Of a stretch of 64,000 bases of DNA, positions 12,475-26,258 are shown piece by piece. The stretch is from Adineta vaga (taxonomy: Eukaryota; Animalia; Rotifera). The stretch lies in assembly GCA_021613535.1 (NCBI GenBank), contig CP075497.1, forward strand, positions 10,664,001 through 10,728,000, written 5' to 3'. Positions within the stretch are counted from its first letter, which is position 1. Every line of letters begins with the position of its first letter. Made by a program: the position numbers and the translations under genes. The notes beneath the pieces are model-generated. The model saw only the letters and a list, made by a program, of their open reading frames with translations. It did no database searches and had not been told where the DNA came from.

Positions 12475-14529
12475 TTAAACAGTCGTATTGTCAAGTGTGA
12501 GTAATGTAAAAAGAACAGGTAGAAAACGTTGATAATGTTCCCATGGTGTTCCATGAAATGTCAATTTGGGTTCAGATTTAAAACCACGATAAAGACATAA
12601 AAATTCTACTACACCTAATTTTTCTTCTAAATATGTACGAAGAATATTGATCTTAACTAATCGTGTATCACGTTGTTTTGCAACTGTTAATAAAATATCA
12701 GTAACACTTTCATCCCATATTGGACTAATCTTTGATAATGATTGTTGTTTAGAAAACATATCGGAAACGAATGATGAACTTTTATTCATTAAACATGATG
12801 ATGTAATATCGTTGGATAATGAATTAGTTGGAGAGGACAATGCAGTACCACTATCATCTTCCATAGGAGTTGTATTGGGTGTAACAGAAAGATTAAGAGG
12901 TTGAACTAAAGATGGTGATGAATGAAGTCGTTTAGCTGCAGTTAGTAAACTAGGTGATGAGATTCGTGATTCATTTCGTTTGCCATTTAGAATTGAAATA
13001 GGCGATAATGATTCATTCAAAATAGATGTGGGAGATAAATGTTCATTGGATTTCATATTAGAAATCGAAGATGAGGGTGATGATTGTTTCGGAAGAATAT
13101 TACGTTGAATAGCATTTTGAAGTATTTGCTCAAGATTTTTACCTACTGCTGTTGTTTTATACCTACAAAAAGAATAATGTCTAATGGGATTAGTTCGATA
13201 AGAAGGCATTTCTTTTACCAAATATGATGAATATTAGAAGCACGTGGAGTAAGAAAGAAAGGTGATTGAGGACTATTGCATTGTGGTGGTCGATGTGTAG
13301 CATAGAGACGATATGCTTGAAGTGGACATGTAGATAATTGACTTGGTGTTGCATACAATCTAAAATATTAATAGAAATAGATTGTCATATGTTCATTTAT
13401 TTGAACCTTATTGTTTGATTTTCTGGTTTTTGTTGATGATATACAAGATATTGTTCATCAATTAAAGCAATATCACTCCAAAGTAATTGTCCAAATGATA
13501 AGATTTTATCTTGACAAAGTTTTGTTACATGTATATACATTTCTAATAATAAACTATCCGGTTTTGTTCGATCAAAAACTGTTAAACTCTTTAGATTTAA
13601 TGATGTTAAAAATGATTTTGATTGTTGTTGTTGTTGTTGTTGATGATGATTTGAATGGTTTGCACCACCTAATTTCTTCCATTGTTCACGTTTACTCATA
13701 ATAACTTGTCGACATGACTGAAATAATGGTGATTCCATAAGATTATATTCATATTTTTTACTTTTTAAATATCGTTCAATACTTAATAAAAAACTTCTCA
13801 ATGTATCAGGTTCATATTGTGTTCCATCAAATTTTTTCGTATTTTCAAAATAATGTTTTAAATATCGACAAAGTGATTCTGCTGAAAGAGTATGTAAAGA
13901 TTTTTGTTCACCGAATTGTTCATCTATATACATAACAAAACGTTTAACATCATGTTTGGTTTTACGTATTGTATTATGAGAATTTGTATCAGATGAAATA
14001 AGAAATACATTAGGATCAGGTTCAGGAAGATTTATTGATGAAATTTGACCATTATCATTAATCGTTTTATAAGTTGCTGCTGATGATCGAACTGATCGAC
14101 GAGTGGATAATGGAATTACTGTTGCTTGTTCCATTTCAATATTATATGCTAAAGAGAATGTAAAGATAAAAATGGATTTGTTTGTAATGATTTGTCTTAC
14201 TTGGACTTGATGATGGGAATTGAATGGATAAATGTAGATCGTCATCGGTACTTGATGCAGGTGATGAATGAATCGATTCTGATTTGTTCAATTCATCTGG
14301 TGTTTCAAAATTAGAATGATTATTATTGATATCATCGTTGATATTAGAAATAAATCTTGAATCCTGATCGAATTCCATTGATTTTTCTCGTCGAAATTTA
14401 TTAACTGTCGTACTCCTTGGTTTGTTTAATGTATCGACGTATTCTTGTTGCTGCTTGTTGCTGTTGCTGATCTGAAGGTAATGTTTGAATAGTGATCGTC
14501 GATGAGGGTGACTGAGATGGCATCAACAT
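12475..14529 (-). CDS. Crypton-derived DUF3504 (KIAA1958/QRICH1/ZMYM-type) protein with non-catalytic tyrosine-recombinase fold; 4 coding exons; apparent frameshift at ~14455 (otherwise start at 14378)
   Basis: Family motifs NTIRKTKHDVKRF, LCRYLKHYF...KKFDGTQYEPDTLRSFLLSIERYLK, CPLQAYRLYATHRP...PFFLTP, WYKTTAVGKN. The catalytic HxxR and Tyr region is absent. Confidence 0.8.
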
Positions 14530-17500
14530 CTTGTCGATTTCTATTTCTATAAGGAAAAAAAGAAGAGAAGAAGAAGAAGAAAAAAAAACGGTCTTCTAAA
14601 AAAATGAAATATGAGTGAATGAAAAAAAAGAAAAGAAAAGTTTATTTATTCACTATCGAATACTTTATACATATAAGAAACTGAAAGTCCGAATCGAGTT
14701 TGTTTGTTTGAATATATGTGAAGAAAAAAGAAAGAAGAAGGAGAAAAAAAGATTTGAATATTATGCATATACTCCATATGTATACATTTCTTTTCGTTAA
14801 AATAAATCTCATAATGAAGACATTACTTAAGAATTCTTGTCACACATAGATGCAACAGTTGAATTCATGGATCATTTCTAATTGAATGATACGAAAGATA
14901 AAAGTAGAACGCTGTCTTCAAAAGCAAATACATAGAAATCATATCAGTAGAATATGATTGGAAAAAAGGAACGAATAATTCTCTACAAAGTAGATAAGTA
15001 GAAAGATATATAGTTGCCTTTAGGCAATATAAAAAAAGTGAAGACACGATGGATAGAGAAGCGGCGAAGTCTTCCTCGCACATTAATCAAGACACGTTCA
15101 CCAAAAAAAAAAGAAGAAAAACGATAGAAACTAAGCAGAAGGAAAAGAAGGGAAAAAACACAGAATAGAGAAAGCAGAAAAATCTCTTTTCCATATCATT
15201 CACGATACTTTCATATAAACGTTCAATCTGTATCTAGTTTTTTGGAGAATATGAGAATACTCTCGTTAGTTGTCTTGCTAGTCTCAGATTTCTTTATGCG
15301 CATAAGAACGTCTAGAAGAATATGTGCCTAACGTTAGTTTGAATTATCATGACGAGTCTTCGGTTTTCTTTCTCTCTATCTCTATCTCTATCTCTATCTC
15401 GTGATCCGAACGAAGAAGAAATAGGAAAAAAAAGGAAAGAAGAAAGCAAAGAGCTGAATGAACATTGACGAGAAAATCCGTATCATATAAGGCGTATACG
15501 AACTAACAAAGCAAGAAAAAAAAAGAAGAAAAATCCATCAAACAATCATCATTGTTGATTCTATTCTCTATCGTTCGTGAATCCTATTTGGTTCTCATCT
15601 AAATTTCGAGATAACTCACCTCGAGCAGAAGAAAATACAAATAAGCAATTTACATGTCAATGATTGATTAGATTGGAAATGACTTGTGATCGGAATTGTT
15701 TGATAAACCAAATAGAATGAATTTTGAAGAAGAAAAATCGAACAATGACATGAGAGTTTTAATTGAAAAATAGGATATTAATGATTCTCGAGCTGCTTTT
15801 CTCTCGTTTTCTTCTTCTTCTTCTCTGTTGTCTAGTTGTTATTCAATAAATGACAACATGCGTTATTTATCACTATCAAACATCGATCTACCTTTAGTTG
15901 ATTCAACGAAAAAGAAGGAGAAGAAGAAGAAGAAGGAGGAAGATGAATAAAGGTGTACGATGGTTCTTCTTCATTCCATTGTATCATCATATCATCCTTC
16001 CATCGACTATCGGAAGACCACATTCGATGTGTTACTTTATATTCGAAGAAAGAAAATGAAAAGAGAAGAAAAAACCCGATATGTATATGTATATATATAT
16101 ATATAGACGAAATAGTAAATGACTGTTAAAGATAAAAGAATCATCAAAATAACAATGACATTTTCCAATATTTGAATGAATAGATCTAGATCTATATATA
16201 TATTTATATATGAAAGATCTACAAAATCATCATTCTTAAGAGTATATACCAAATAAAAGACATAAAACGACAAAAAAAGAGGAAAGAACAGCATCATAGA
16301 ATTGAATTTGCTTTTGCCATCCGATTCAAACAAGTATACATATTATCACCTATTTTTTCTTACTTTGTTTGGATGTGTATCATAAGACGTGCTTTACATA
16401 TAGGTGTAATATATGCATATATAAACCTTCTCTTCTCTGTTATTCATTACTATATAACGTATATCATATATGTATATGTATATGAGTACCTGTCGCTTCT
16501 AATCGATTCGTTTTCGTTAATCACCAGAAGAAAAACGAAATTACTGGATAAACGAATTATATTTGATATCGTAGATTATTGACAAATACGACCATTTATC
16601 GAATCATCGATTTGGAAAAAAATATTTTTACTAACATGATATTTATATCATTTAATATCGATTACCATTTATTAAATTCATACATAGGAACACTCGCCTA
16701 TTAATCAATAGTTTCGCAACAATAACAATTGAACATAGTTATCACTTTGTGTATATAAATCATCGATTGTTTTAACTATTAAAGTACTATTTTCGTTTTT
16801 CGAAGACTAGCTATTGGAATCATCGATCCAGAAAATCATTGTTTATCATCTGATATAAAAAAATAATAATAAGAAGATAACATTTTTCAATATAAAATTC
16901 TTCATATAGACATATCAATCGAACTCCATCAATATTTATTTGCTTCAATAAACTTTGTTAGAAAAATGTTCTCTTGATAATATGAGAAAGAACTTTTTTG
17001 ACTTCTTGATTAGATTTATTATCGAATGATCTTTCTTTGCTGTTTTCAAAGACAAATTACGGCTAAGAAAAGTTTTGTTATTATTAATTAAACTCAAGGA
17101 TTTGACAGAAAAATTCTATATTGAATGCAAAACAAACGATGATGATAATAATAAATTTTTTTGTTTTCTTCATTATTGTTTTAACAACTATGTTGAAAGA
17201 ATTAAATAGAAAAGAAAAGGAAAACGAAAGTGAAGATTTCATAGAATAAAAGCATTAGAGAAAAGATAAGCATTGACATATGAAATGTTTCAAATGAAAA
17301 GAAGTAAGAAGAAAGTCTAAATAGAAAGTTGAACAAATCAATCGCTGTTCATACACAATTTTCAGATCTTTTTTTGTCCTCTCACTCCCTCATAACAAAA
17401 CTGAACATTACATGTGTAAAAAGTCACTGTGTATGATATACTGATAACTAAGAATAGATTAAAGTACAAAGATGGTTTGAACAAAAGAGAAGCATTAAAA

Positions 17501-17569
17501 AAAAGGAATATATTTGACAAGAAACAAATTTCGTTTGTTAACTTTGTTTTTGCTTCGAGTGAACGAACA

Positions 17570-19970
17570 TCATTCGACATAACTATTCGAACGTGTTGGA
17601 CTTATTATTTCTATTGATGGAATAACAAGCTCTTTTTGTGAATATAGAGCAACATCTTCACCTATATATATATATATATATGAATTGTATAAAATTATTA
17701 CTTAGAAACAAATCTGATACAAACCTATTTCACCATTATTACCATTGGTACGATTCGGTCGTTGTTTAATATAATTTGATGGTTGTCCACAACATCTAAA
17801 TTAATATATAAACATTTATTATTTACATCACTCATGTGTTTCTATGTAGTAAAACAAGAAAGTTTTATTGTTATTCATATGACAAAAGAATATTTAATGA
17901 ATTTCATTAAGAATTTTCTTTGTTTACTTTCCAATACTACTGAAAATTCGAAAAGTACATGATGAGTCACAAATAAGTCATCTACCTTTCCTTACCAAAA
18001 CGTATTTCATCACCATCAATCGTTATGTTGTAATTATAGTAAATTTCCCTTCATCAATAGATTTTCCCACGTTAGTGACAAAAGACTTATTCGTATTCAA
18101 TTTTTTAGAATATTTAGGTCAAATGATGTTGACAACCAGAACTCATTTTAGTACAAGTTATGAGGTAGAAAAACCGCCAGGACTCATGAATGATGTTATC
18201 TTATCCAGGTGCGATTTATCATCTTATCAATCTCAATAATAAAGTTATCTTTTGAAAAAAGTTTTCATAACGAAGGGAAAGTTTTTCGTTCATGTGTGGG
18301 AAAATAAAGTTTATGTTTTTCTATTTTAATCAATTGTACTTACGTATTCACACTACAGTCTTTAAGACATTCGAGAATACATTCTTTATCACCAACTGGG
18401 CCAATAATGATTTCCGGCTAGAAAAAGATACAAATTGATTTCAATTAAAATTCAACAGAATTATATATTTCAATACGAACATCAAAAAATTCTGGTTGAA
18501 TTGTTGTAGAATGAATTCCTTCTTTATGAAAAAAGTCTTTGACTTGTTCAGCAATATTCATGTATTCACTTAAATTATGACAACGTATATGTGCAGATGC
18601 AATAATTTTTGAACCACTCAATTGCCAAACATGAAATTCATGTACAGAAAGAACACCAGGTACCTAAAAATGAAATCATTCATTCTTCATAAACATTTTA
18701 TCAGATAAATTACTTTGTCGACCAGACGTTTTTGAAGATCAGCAACTTCGATATGCATTGGTGCTGTTTGTAAAAGAACTAGGGCTGATTCACGTACTAA
18801 ATTGAAAATAAAAACAGATGTGTAACAGATAGATTTTCCAATATATATATATATATGTATATTGAATTTACATAAAGGAATAGTGAATAAGACAACCATT
18901 GAAATCATAACTAAACTAGCAGCCGGATCAATATATTGAACCCATTCACTAGTTGGCCATTTTTTCAAAGCACAACCAGCAAAGACAACAATGAGTGAAC
19001 CAATAGCATCATTGACAACGTGAAGAAAAGCACCACGAATGTTCATCTGGCCACCATCCACTAGAGATTTTAAAAAAAACAAACTTCATTTATTTTTCTA
19101 TCTTTTATAATCATATTCGTTTCTTACTTCCTTTCTTCTTTTTCTTTCCACTCGTAGCTTCTCCATTTGTTGTTTTATCATTATCTGATGGAGAATCGTG
19201 CGAGTGTCCATGATGTCCTTCGCCTTCTGAATGCTCATGACTGCATAAATGTTCACTATCACCTATTTCAATACTATCTTCATCTTTTTTACTCTTCGAT
19301 TTCTTTCCACCACCATGGGAATGACCATGAGCCATATCACCTATCAAATCAATTTATCTATTAAAAAATCTATTCATTTAATATAATACAAACCTCCAAG
19401 AATGCATAATGCCATGACATTTATACCTAACCCAACAAAACCAACAAAAATATAAAAGTTCAATTCTTTTTCGTTAATCTTTTCAATAACTATCAAACGT
19501 TTGATAGCATGAACAAAAATTGTAAAGCAAAGTGACATAAGTAGTATACAATTAACCATAGCACCCAATTCTTGTGCTCGTACCCAACTAGAAAGAGCAA
19601 AAAGAAATCATTTTTTTCTCTTCTTATAGATCTTGTTATTCACATACCCAAATGTGTTTTTAGCGGATTTTCGTTTGGAAATCTTTGGAAACAAAACCAT
19701 CAATATTCATCTTCGATTGAAAATATTTAGAATACATACTCGTACGGAAACCAAAGCAATAATAAGTGCACCACTATCACTTAGCATATGAACTGCATCT
19801 GCTTGAATTGCGACAGAATTAATTATATAACCAGCAATAAGCTCAACAAAGAAAAAACCAATTGTCAAGCCTAATACTATTCCTAATCGGCAACTTTTTG
19901 TAGCACGCAGCCAAGATTTGCCTTCGTTATGAGAATGAGAATGAGAATGCGAATGTGAATGATGAGCCAT
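17570..19970 (-). CDS. CDF-family zinc exporter, ZnT1/SLC30A1-10 type
   Basis: ADAVHMLSD (TM2) and FLHVVNDAIGS (TM5) give an HD-HD site. Also NTFGWVRAQELGA, a His-rich loop, GQMNIRGAF, VHEFHVWQL, GIHSTTIQPEF and a Cys-rich tail (CILEC...TCCG). Confidence 0.93.
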
Positions 19971-20253
19971 TTGAAAGTATACAAATAACCTAATGTACCA
20001 CACTAATCTCGTCAATCAATTTTCATAGACTGAATAGAAACGAGCAAGAGAATAAATGATTACATTGATGTACTCATTTCCTATTGGTTATTTTCAATAA
20101 ACCATATAAGAAAGAGTTTGATTCCTTCTTTCATGTTTATTAAATAAAATATATTTTGATCAATTTTATTTAAAAAATTCGATAAATAGATGAACGAATC
20201 GATTTAAATTAAAGAAGAAAATACATTTTCTTCAGATCAGCAGAGAAAGGGTC

Positions 20254-20267
20254 GTTGTCATGGAAAT
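20254..20267 (+). promoter_or_regulatory. RFX X-box-like element GTTGTCATGGAAAT
   Basis: One mismatch to the X-box consensus GTHNYY-AT-RRNAAC, ~200 bp upstream of the JHY ATG. Confidence 0.6.
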
Positions 20268-20465
20268 TGATTAGGTCATATGATGGCGTTGACATCAATA
20301 AAAATTTGTATGTTGTATTGTTAAGTGGTCATAGAAAAAACAACATCGTTCGAGATGTAATTTGGCATAGTAGATTCTCTTTGACAAAAATCTTCTCGAA
20401 GAGTATTTTTTCTTATTATTTTTTGTTGATTTCAATTTTTCAGAAATCAAAACGAATTTTGTCAA

Positions 20466-23400
20466 ATGGCTGCACTTGATAAAATGATTATTGATGATCG
20501 AGATTTAGCAAATCGATATTTTGGTGAGAATACATTAGATGAACTCAATGCCGATCAATTTCTATTCTCAAAAGCATCGAAAAATTCGCAAACAGGTTTA
20601 TCGTCGAAAACAAAAACGAAATCAAATACATCAACAAAAGAAGATGATCTTACAGGTTTATTTGGACGAAGAGTTTATTTAGAATCACCTTCGTTCGATA
20701 ATAAAGAAGAAGAAGATATGTACAGGTAAACACTATGATTGAAATAATAAGAATTTCAAAAGCCTTTCATTAGATATGTTCCGAGTCGTCTTAGTGAAGT
20801 TCCAGCAACACTTATTGGAGGAACTGCCCCAGCTGCGACAACTGATACATTGATAGATTCACTTGATTTTGAATTGGACCTTTTTGGAGCAGCGCATACA
20901 CGTCATGGATTACCTTATCGAACAATGACACAATTATTACAAGACTCTAAACCTCCTGCGCCGTTAACACAATTCAAAAATCCTTCGAAACCATTTTCAT
21001 TGACAAATACAGAAAGGTAAATCCAATCAGATCATAATCGTTAAATTTCTATTGTTATATTTCAAAATAGGATCAGATTACAGATTTGAGTAAATTTATT
21101 GAAGATTCCTCCTTCTTCTTCTTCTTCTTCTTTCTTTCTTTCTTTCTTCCTGCCCTTCTCACCTGTCAAGAAACTTAGTTACATTTATGAAATAGGTGTG
21201 AGAAGACTAATCATTATGATTGTTTCCAATTCTAATTAGTTTCGTCAAAATGATTTTTATTCTTCTTTATGAAAAGAAAACGCCTGTCACCTGAGAAATA
21301 AAGACAATATTTAAGGATTCTTTTTTATTTAGTATAATTTCGAATTCAAATCTATTCAATTGTCACTAAGGTTTCATTGATTGATTTGAGATAATCAAAT
21401 AAGAAGAGTACATGCTGATCTATTTATATCTATTCGAATGAATAAAGGAAAAAATTTGATAATTAAAAACTTCAACGTTTTTCGAGAATCTTTTTTAACG
21501 ATAATTAATCAGTTATATTATTCAGAATAATGAAAAACAATTTGTTTATAGAGCTGATCCTCGACAAGATCCACTTCTTGGTCCATTACTTGCTGAATTG
21601 GATGCCATGACTACTCAACAACAACAAATATCACAACCATCAGTTCCTATGTATCGACGAAATTCAGTTCCTTATGAATCCAATCTAACTCGGCCACCTG
21701 TTCAATCACAATCCAATCATCGTAAGATTTTATTTTAGATCACATTTAAATCAAAGAAACCTTTCATGATTTGCATTTCTTTTTTTGTCTATTTGATAAG
21801 AACAGTTTTGTTATGTAGACATAAGTGCCATTTAACAAATGTATTTAGTCAGTGATAAAAACTTCAATTGATTGTCTTCACTTTAGTATATATGGGATGA
21901 TTCCATACTCAAGTAGATTTCATCGACAACTCTTCGAACGTATTATTTCTGAGTGTAGTTTATAAGAGCGAAAAAGAAATAGTAAAAGACGAAGAAAGAA
22001 AGTGAAAGAAAGAAAACTGATGTCAAGTAACTTGATTGATTTTCTTGCGTTTCTCTCTTACTTTTTTTTGTTTTCTTCTGTGTGTAAGAAAAACAACTTT
22101 GAAAGAGAACTGTGCAGTAAATGGTATCAACGATAATTGTTCGTGTGTCGTCGGTTACTTGTGTTGGTCGTCATAAGAACAAAAAAAAACTTAGAGAAGA
22201 AAAAGAAAAGACTAACAAACATTAACATAAGTTGATGTAGTGAGTAACAACGAGAATAGACTTTTTTTTCATTAGCAATTCGTTCGACTTTTGTTTATAA
22301 TTATTGTTCAATAATATATATTGTATCTAATGAGTTCTGTTTTTTAGTATTAACAAGTACAGCTAACCGTACGGTAAATGAGGCATTATTTGAAGCAGAG
22401 CTATACGATTCACTTGATCCAAGAGATCATCAAACTGTCCACGATCGTCAACATGTAATATTTTCTGCTCCAAGTATCAATTCATCAACACATCATACTC
22501 AACAACAGCAACAGCAACAGCAACGCTTACCAACACGTCCTTTAAACATGAATAATATCGATGTCTTCATGCCTTCAACTTATGATAGTGGAACAGGAGT
22601 ATTTTCAAATCAATATGGTTCGAATGGTCAAATATTTCAACAACCTTTACTAAATGCTCTTGGGCAAAACTATGTACCTAATGCAAGGCAACCACCTGCT
22701 TCTCAACAGCCGCAACAGCCACAGCATCAAATTGAACAACGAGATAAAAGTTACGATGACATCTATTCTCGAATGTCTCCACCACAACGTACAGGATATG
22801 CTCCACCTCAACAACAACCACCACAACAACAACAGCAACAACGACCACGCGAACAATCAGATAAAAGTTATGATGATGTATATTCACGAATGTCTCCACC
22901 ACAACGTGCACCGTATATGCCATCTCAGCAACAACAACAACAACAACAACAACAACCACAACCACAGCAGCAACAAAATAACAATATCAACCAATATCAA
23001 CAACATCAACTAGCACCTTCTGTTCCCAATCGACAAGCAACCTATAACAATAACAACTATACAGATAATAATAATGATCCATTTAGTGAATTTCAAGACA
23101 TGTTTGGTGCCTCACAATATCAACATCCATCTCAGGCACCACCTCAACAATATCCTCCTGTTGCTCAACAGCCACGAATGATGCCACCTCCACCCGCATC
23201 GCAACAACAACAACAACAACAACAGCCAGGAATACCAGCACCACCATCATTTCGCCAACAAAGAATGCCGCCTCCTCCACCACCGCATGCATCCCAACAA
23301 CAGACTATGATGCCATCACAACCATCATCATTTCAGCAACCAAGAATGCAACAACCACCACCCCCAGCATCGTTTCAGCAACCACGAATGATGCCACCAC

Positions 23401-26258
23401 AACCACCATCCTTTCAACAGCCAAGAATGCAACAACCACCACCTCCAGCATCGTTTCAGCAACCACGAATGCCACAAGTACAATTTCCTCAACAACAACA
23501 ACAACAAGCGTATCAAAAATCTCCTATTTCTTCTCAACAGAACGATGAATATCGATCATTTTCACCACCTATTCAACAGCAACAACAACAGCATCATCAG
23601 CAACAATATTACGATGAAGAATTTCTCAACACAAATTATCCTTCAAATAACCAAGATATGTTTTTTACTGATGTTAACGATGATCCATTCGATCAGGTAT
23701 CTTATCAACAACAACAATCACAGGCACCATCTATGTCCAATCAACAACATGTCGATCAACAAGAAGATCAAGATTCAAAACGGCAAGGTAAACTCTCAAA
23801 GATAAAATCATCAGTTTTTTGATAATTAAATGAATTTTTAAATTTTAGCTGTTTGGAATGAATTACAAAAAACAAATGCTAAAGTTCAAGAGAAAAATGC
23901 CAAAAAACGTGAATCTGCTAATCGACGTGAACAAATGTTAAAAGGTACATACAATTCAAATACTGCATGGAACAATACCAACAGTAAACTTTCTTCTGCT
24001 CAATCAAAAACTGGTCCACAATCTCCACCTACACGGCGACCACCACTACCACCCCCACCACCACCAGCGCCTGTTTCGAAAACAAATTATATAGAAGAAA
24101 ATATTGATATGATTAAAAATAAAGAAAATTTTTATCATCGTTATCCAGCAAAAAGATATGAAAATTTATATTCAAAACGAAGAGATCTTTTCGGTGGTGG
24201 AGGTGGTAATAGTAATGAAAGAAATGAACAAAATGGAGATCAAAAGTAAGTTTAAGAGTAAAATAAAAGCATTCTTTAGTCTAAATAAAATATATTTCTT
24301 GTTCTTAGTATGCATAATAATAATTTTGATCAAGGACAATCAATGAATCATAATACAGATCATCAGGCAAACCTACCAATAACTATTAATCTTAATCCCG
24401 GAAATCGAACGCAAAATGAAAATGGTCCAGCAACAGTATCTATTCCTCTCGGTAAATATAACAATCGAATAATATTGTTAACTATTTGTTTCTGTTTTCC
24501 TTCGATAGATAGTCATGTTACTCGAGTAGGTGATAAAATATCTGTGAATATTGATGTACGTCTTCTTGATTTACAAAACATGAAACAACAACAAAACTAT
24601 GGTGCAGATTATTCTGGTTTAGATCCATTAGATCGCCATATACGGAAACTAGAAAATAGTATTGATCATGTAAGATTAATTTTTGTTCATTATTCATTTT
24701 GTAGTTCAGATTATTGTCTCATATCATTCAGTTCAGAAATTAAAACCAAAAGTTATTGAGTGTCGCTGGCTTAACTGTCCTTGTCAGAAACGATGGCAAC
24801 AGGTAGCTGCTTACTCAGCTTATTTTGCCCTATTTTATTTTGTTTGATATTTTTTCATTATTCTTTATCTCAATCAGAAACATCCTCATTATCCTTTTCT
24901 CATCTTCTTTTAGTCTTTACCACCAACTCATTCTCCTCCTCGACGAAATTCACCTCCGCCAAATCCTGCTATGAATCCGTCTATGAGTCGTTATGGTAAA
25001 ATGACAGTTGGTACTGGTTCACGTGGTTATAGTCCACCAAGCTATAAATCTGATCAGTATAGTTATAGTGCTAAAACAAGACATGAAGGTAATTCTGTAC
25101 ACATATCATCAACAATTGTTGTTAAATAGAAGAATCATTTTGTTTTAATAGATTCTTATCTATCGAAAATGACACAAGTGAAGAAACCAGTACATTATAA
25201 ACCATATACTGGTCGTGATTTTGAGCAGTTTAAAAAAAATTATGCATTTGGCAGTGGAACTCTGGGTTTTGATTATGATAATCCTGATTATAAAGAAAAG
25301 GTAAGTTTATTCTTTTCCTTCGATACATCTATATATATATATATATAACATATGATACAGAGTGATAAACAAACTAAAACAAAAGAATATGCTCAACAAA
25401 TCGAGCTTCGAAATAAGAAAATTTTAGCTGATGCTCCTCGTCGTACGTTATCAGAAACACGAAAACCACCAATAGATTCATCGACAACTCAACGAGTAAT
25501 ATTCATTCTTCTATTTAAATCTTTTCTACATTTCAATTCCGAATTAGGCTTTAGAATATGCTCGTGCATCGACTCGTCATAAAATCCCACTTGGTTCTGC
25601 AACGCAACCATTACCTCCATATCGAGATGAACCTGAACCTCTTCAACGTCGACCAACTGAAGTTCCTCGTCCACCACCTGCCTCAAAACCTCCACCAAAA
25701 ATCATAAAAAATGATGATAATGATTTAGTTGAACGTTTAGCTTTGCGTCATGAACGTGATAAAGCACAAGTTCAAGGTATTCTAAATCCATCACAAAAAC
25801 GACGTGAACAACTTTTCGATGATGATGACCGTCGAATCAGTGATATTGAGAAATTAGCACAAGAACGAGTTAATCAAAGACGTTCATCACCACCGAAACA
25901 ATTACCTCCAACTGGACCATCAAATAATGGAAATGTTCGACGACCGTTAAGATTTGATAAACCCATTTTACCTGAAGAGTTACCTGTACCTTCGCAACCA
26001 CAACCTCGTTCTATACCCCAGCCATCTGCTCAACAATCATCTACACAACACTATCAGCAACCTGCTCAAGAAAAACCACCAGTTCCACAGGTTACGATTC
26101 AACCTCAACAAATGGTTCGACAACACCAACCTCAAACGAATGTTGATGAATTAGCCAATCGACATAATGATGAAAAAATTCTTATGGAAGCAATTCGTAA
26201 AGAATTAAGTGAACGTCCATTAGATGATGATGAAGAATTAGTTGTTGTCGAACAATAA
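20466..26258 (+). CDS. JHY: JHY-like motile-cilia protein with a large Gln/Pro-rich middle region
   Basis: C-terminal blocks YKPYTGRDF...GTLGFDY...KEYAQQIELRNKK...QRALEYAR...LALRHERDKAQV resemble the JHY conserved domain (LGGLGPD, QKEYAKQV, QKALEYAK, LQNRHEREKQAV). Confidence 0.8.
23328..23475 (+). repeat. Coding tandem repeat (SFQQPRM-Q/P-rich) x4 within JHY
   Basis: Visible in DNA and protein; higher-order period of about 81 nt. Confidence 0.85.

Noticed and set aside
12475-14529. Active Crypton transposon
   Set aside because: Catalytic residues are missing, no terminal repeats were seen, and the gene structure is host-like.
18161-18168. TGAGGTAG, a let-7-like start
   Set aside because: Only 8 nt match; no mature sequence or precursor hairpin.
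20257-20269. miR-281-like TGTCATGGAA
   Set aside because: The match breaks after 10 nt; better explained as an X-box.
23328-23475. CRISPR-like regular repeats
   Set aside because: In-frame coding repeats of a eukaryotic gene; no unique spacers or cas genes.
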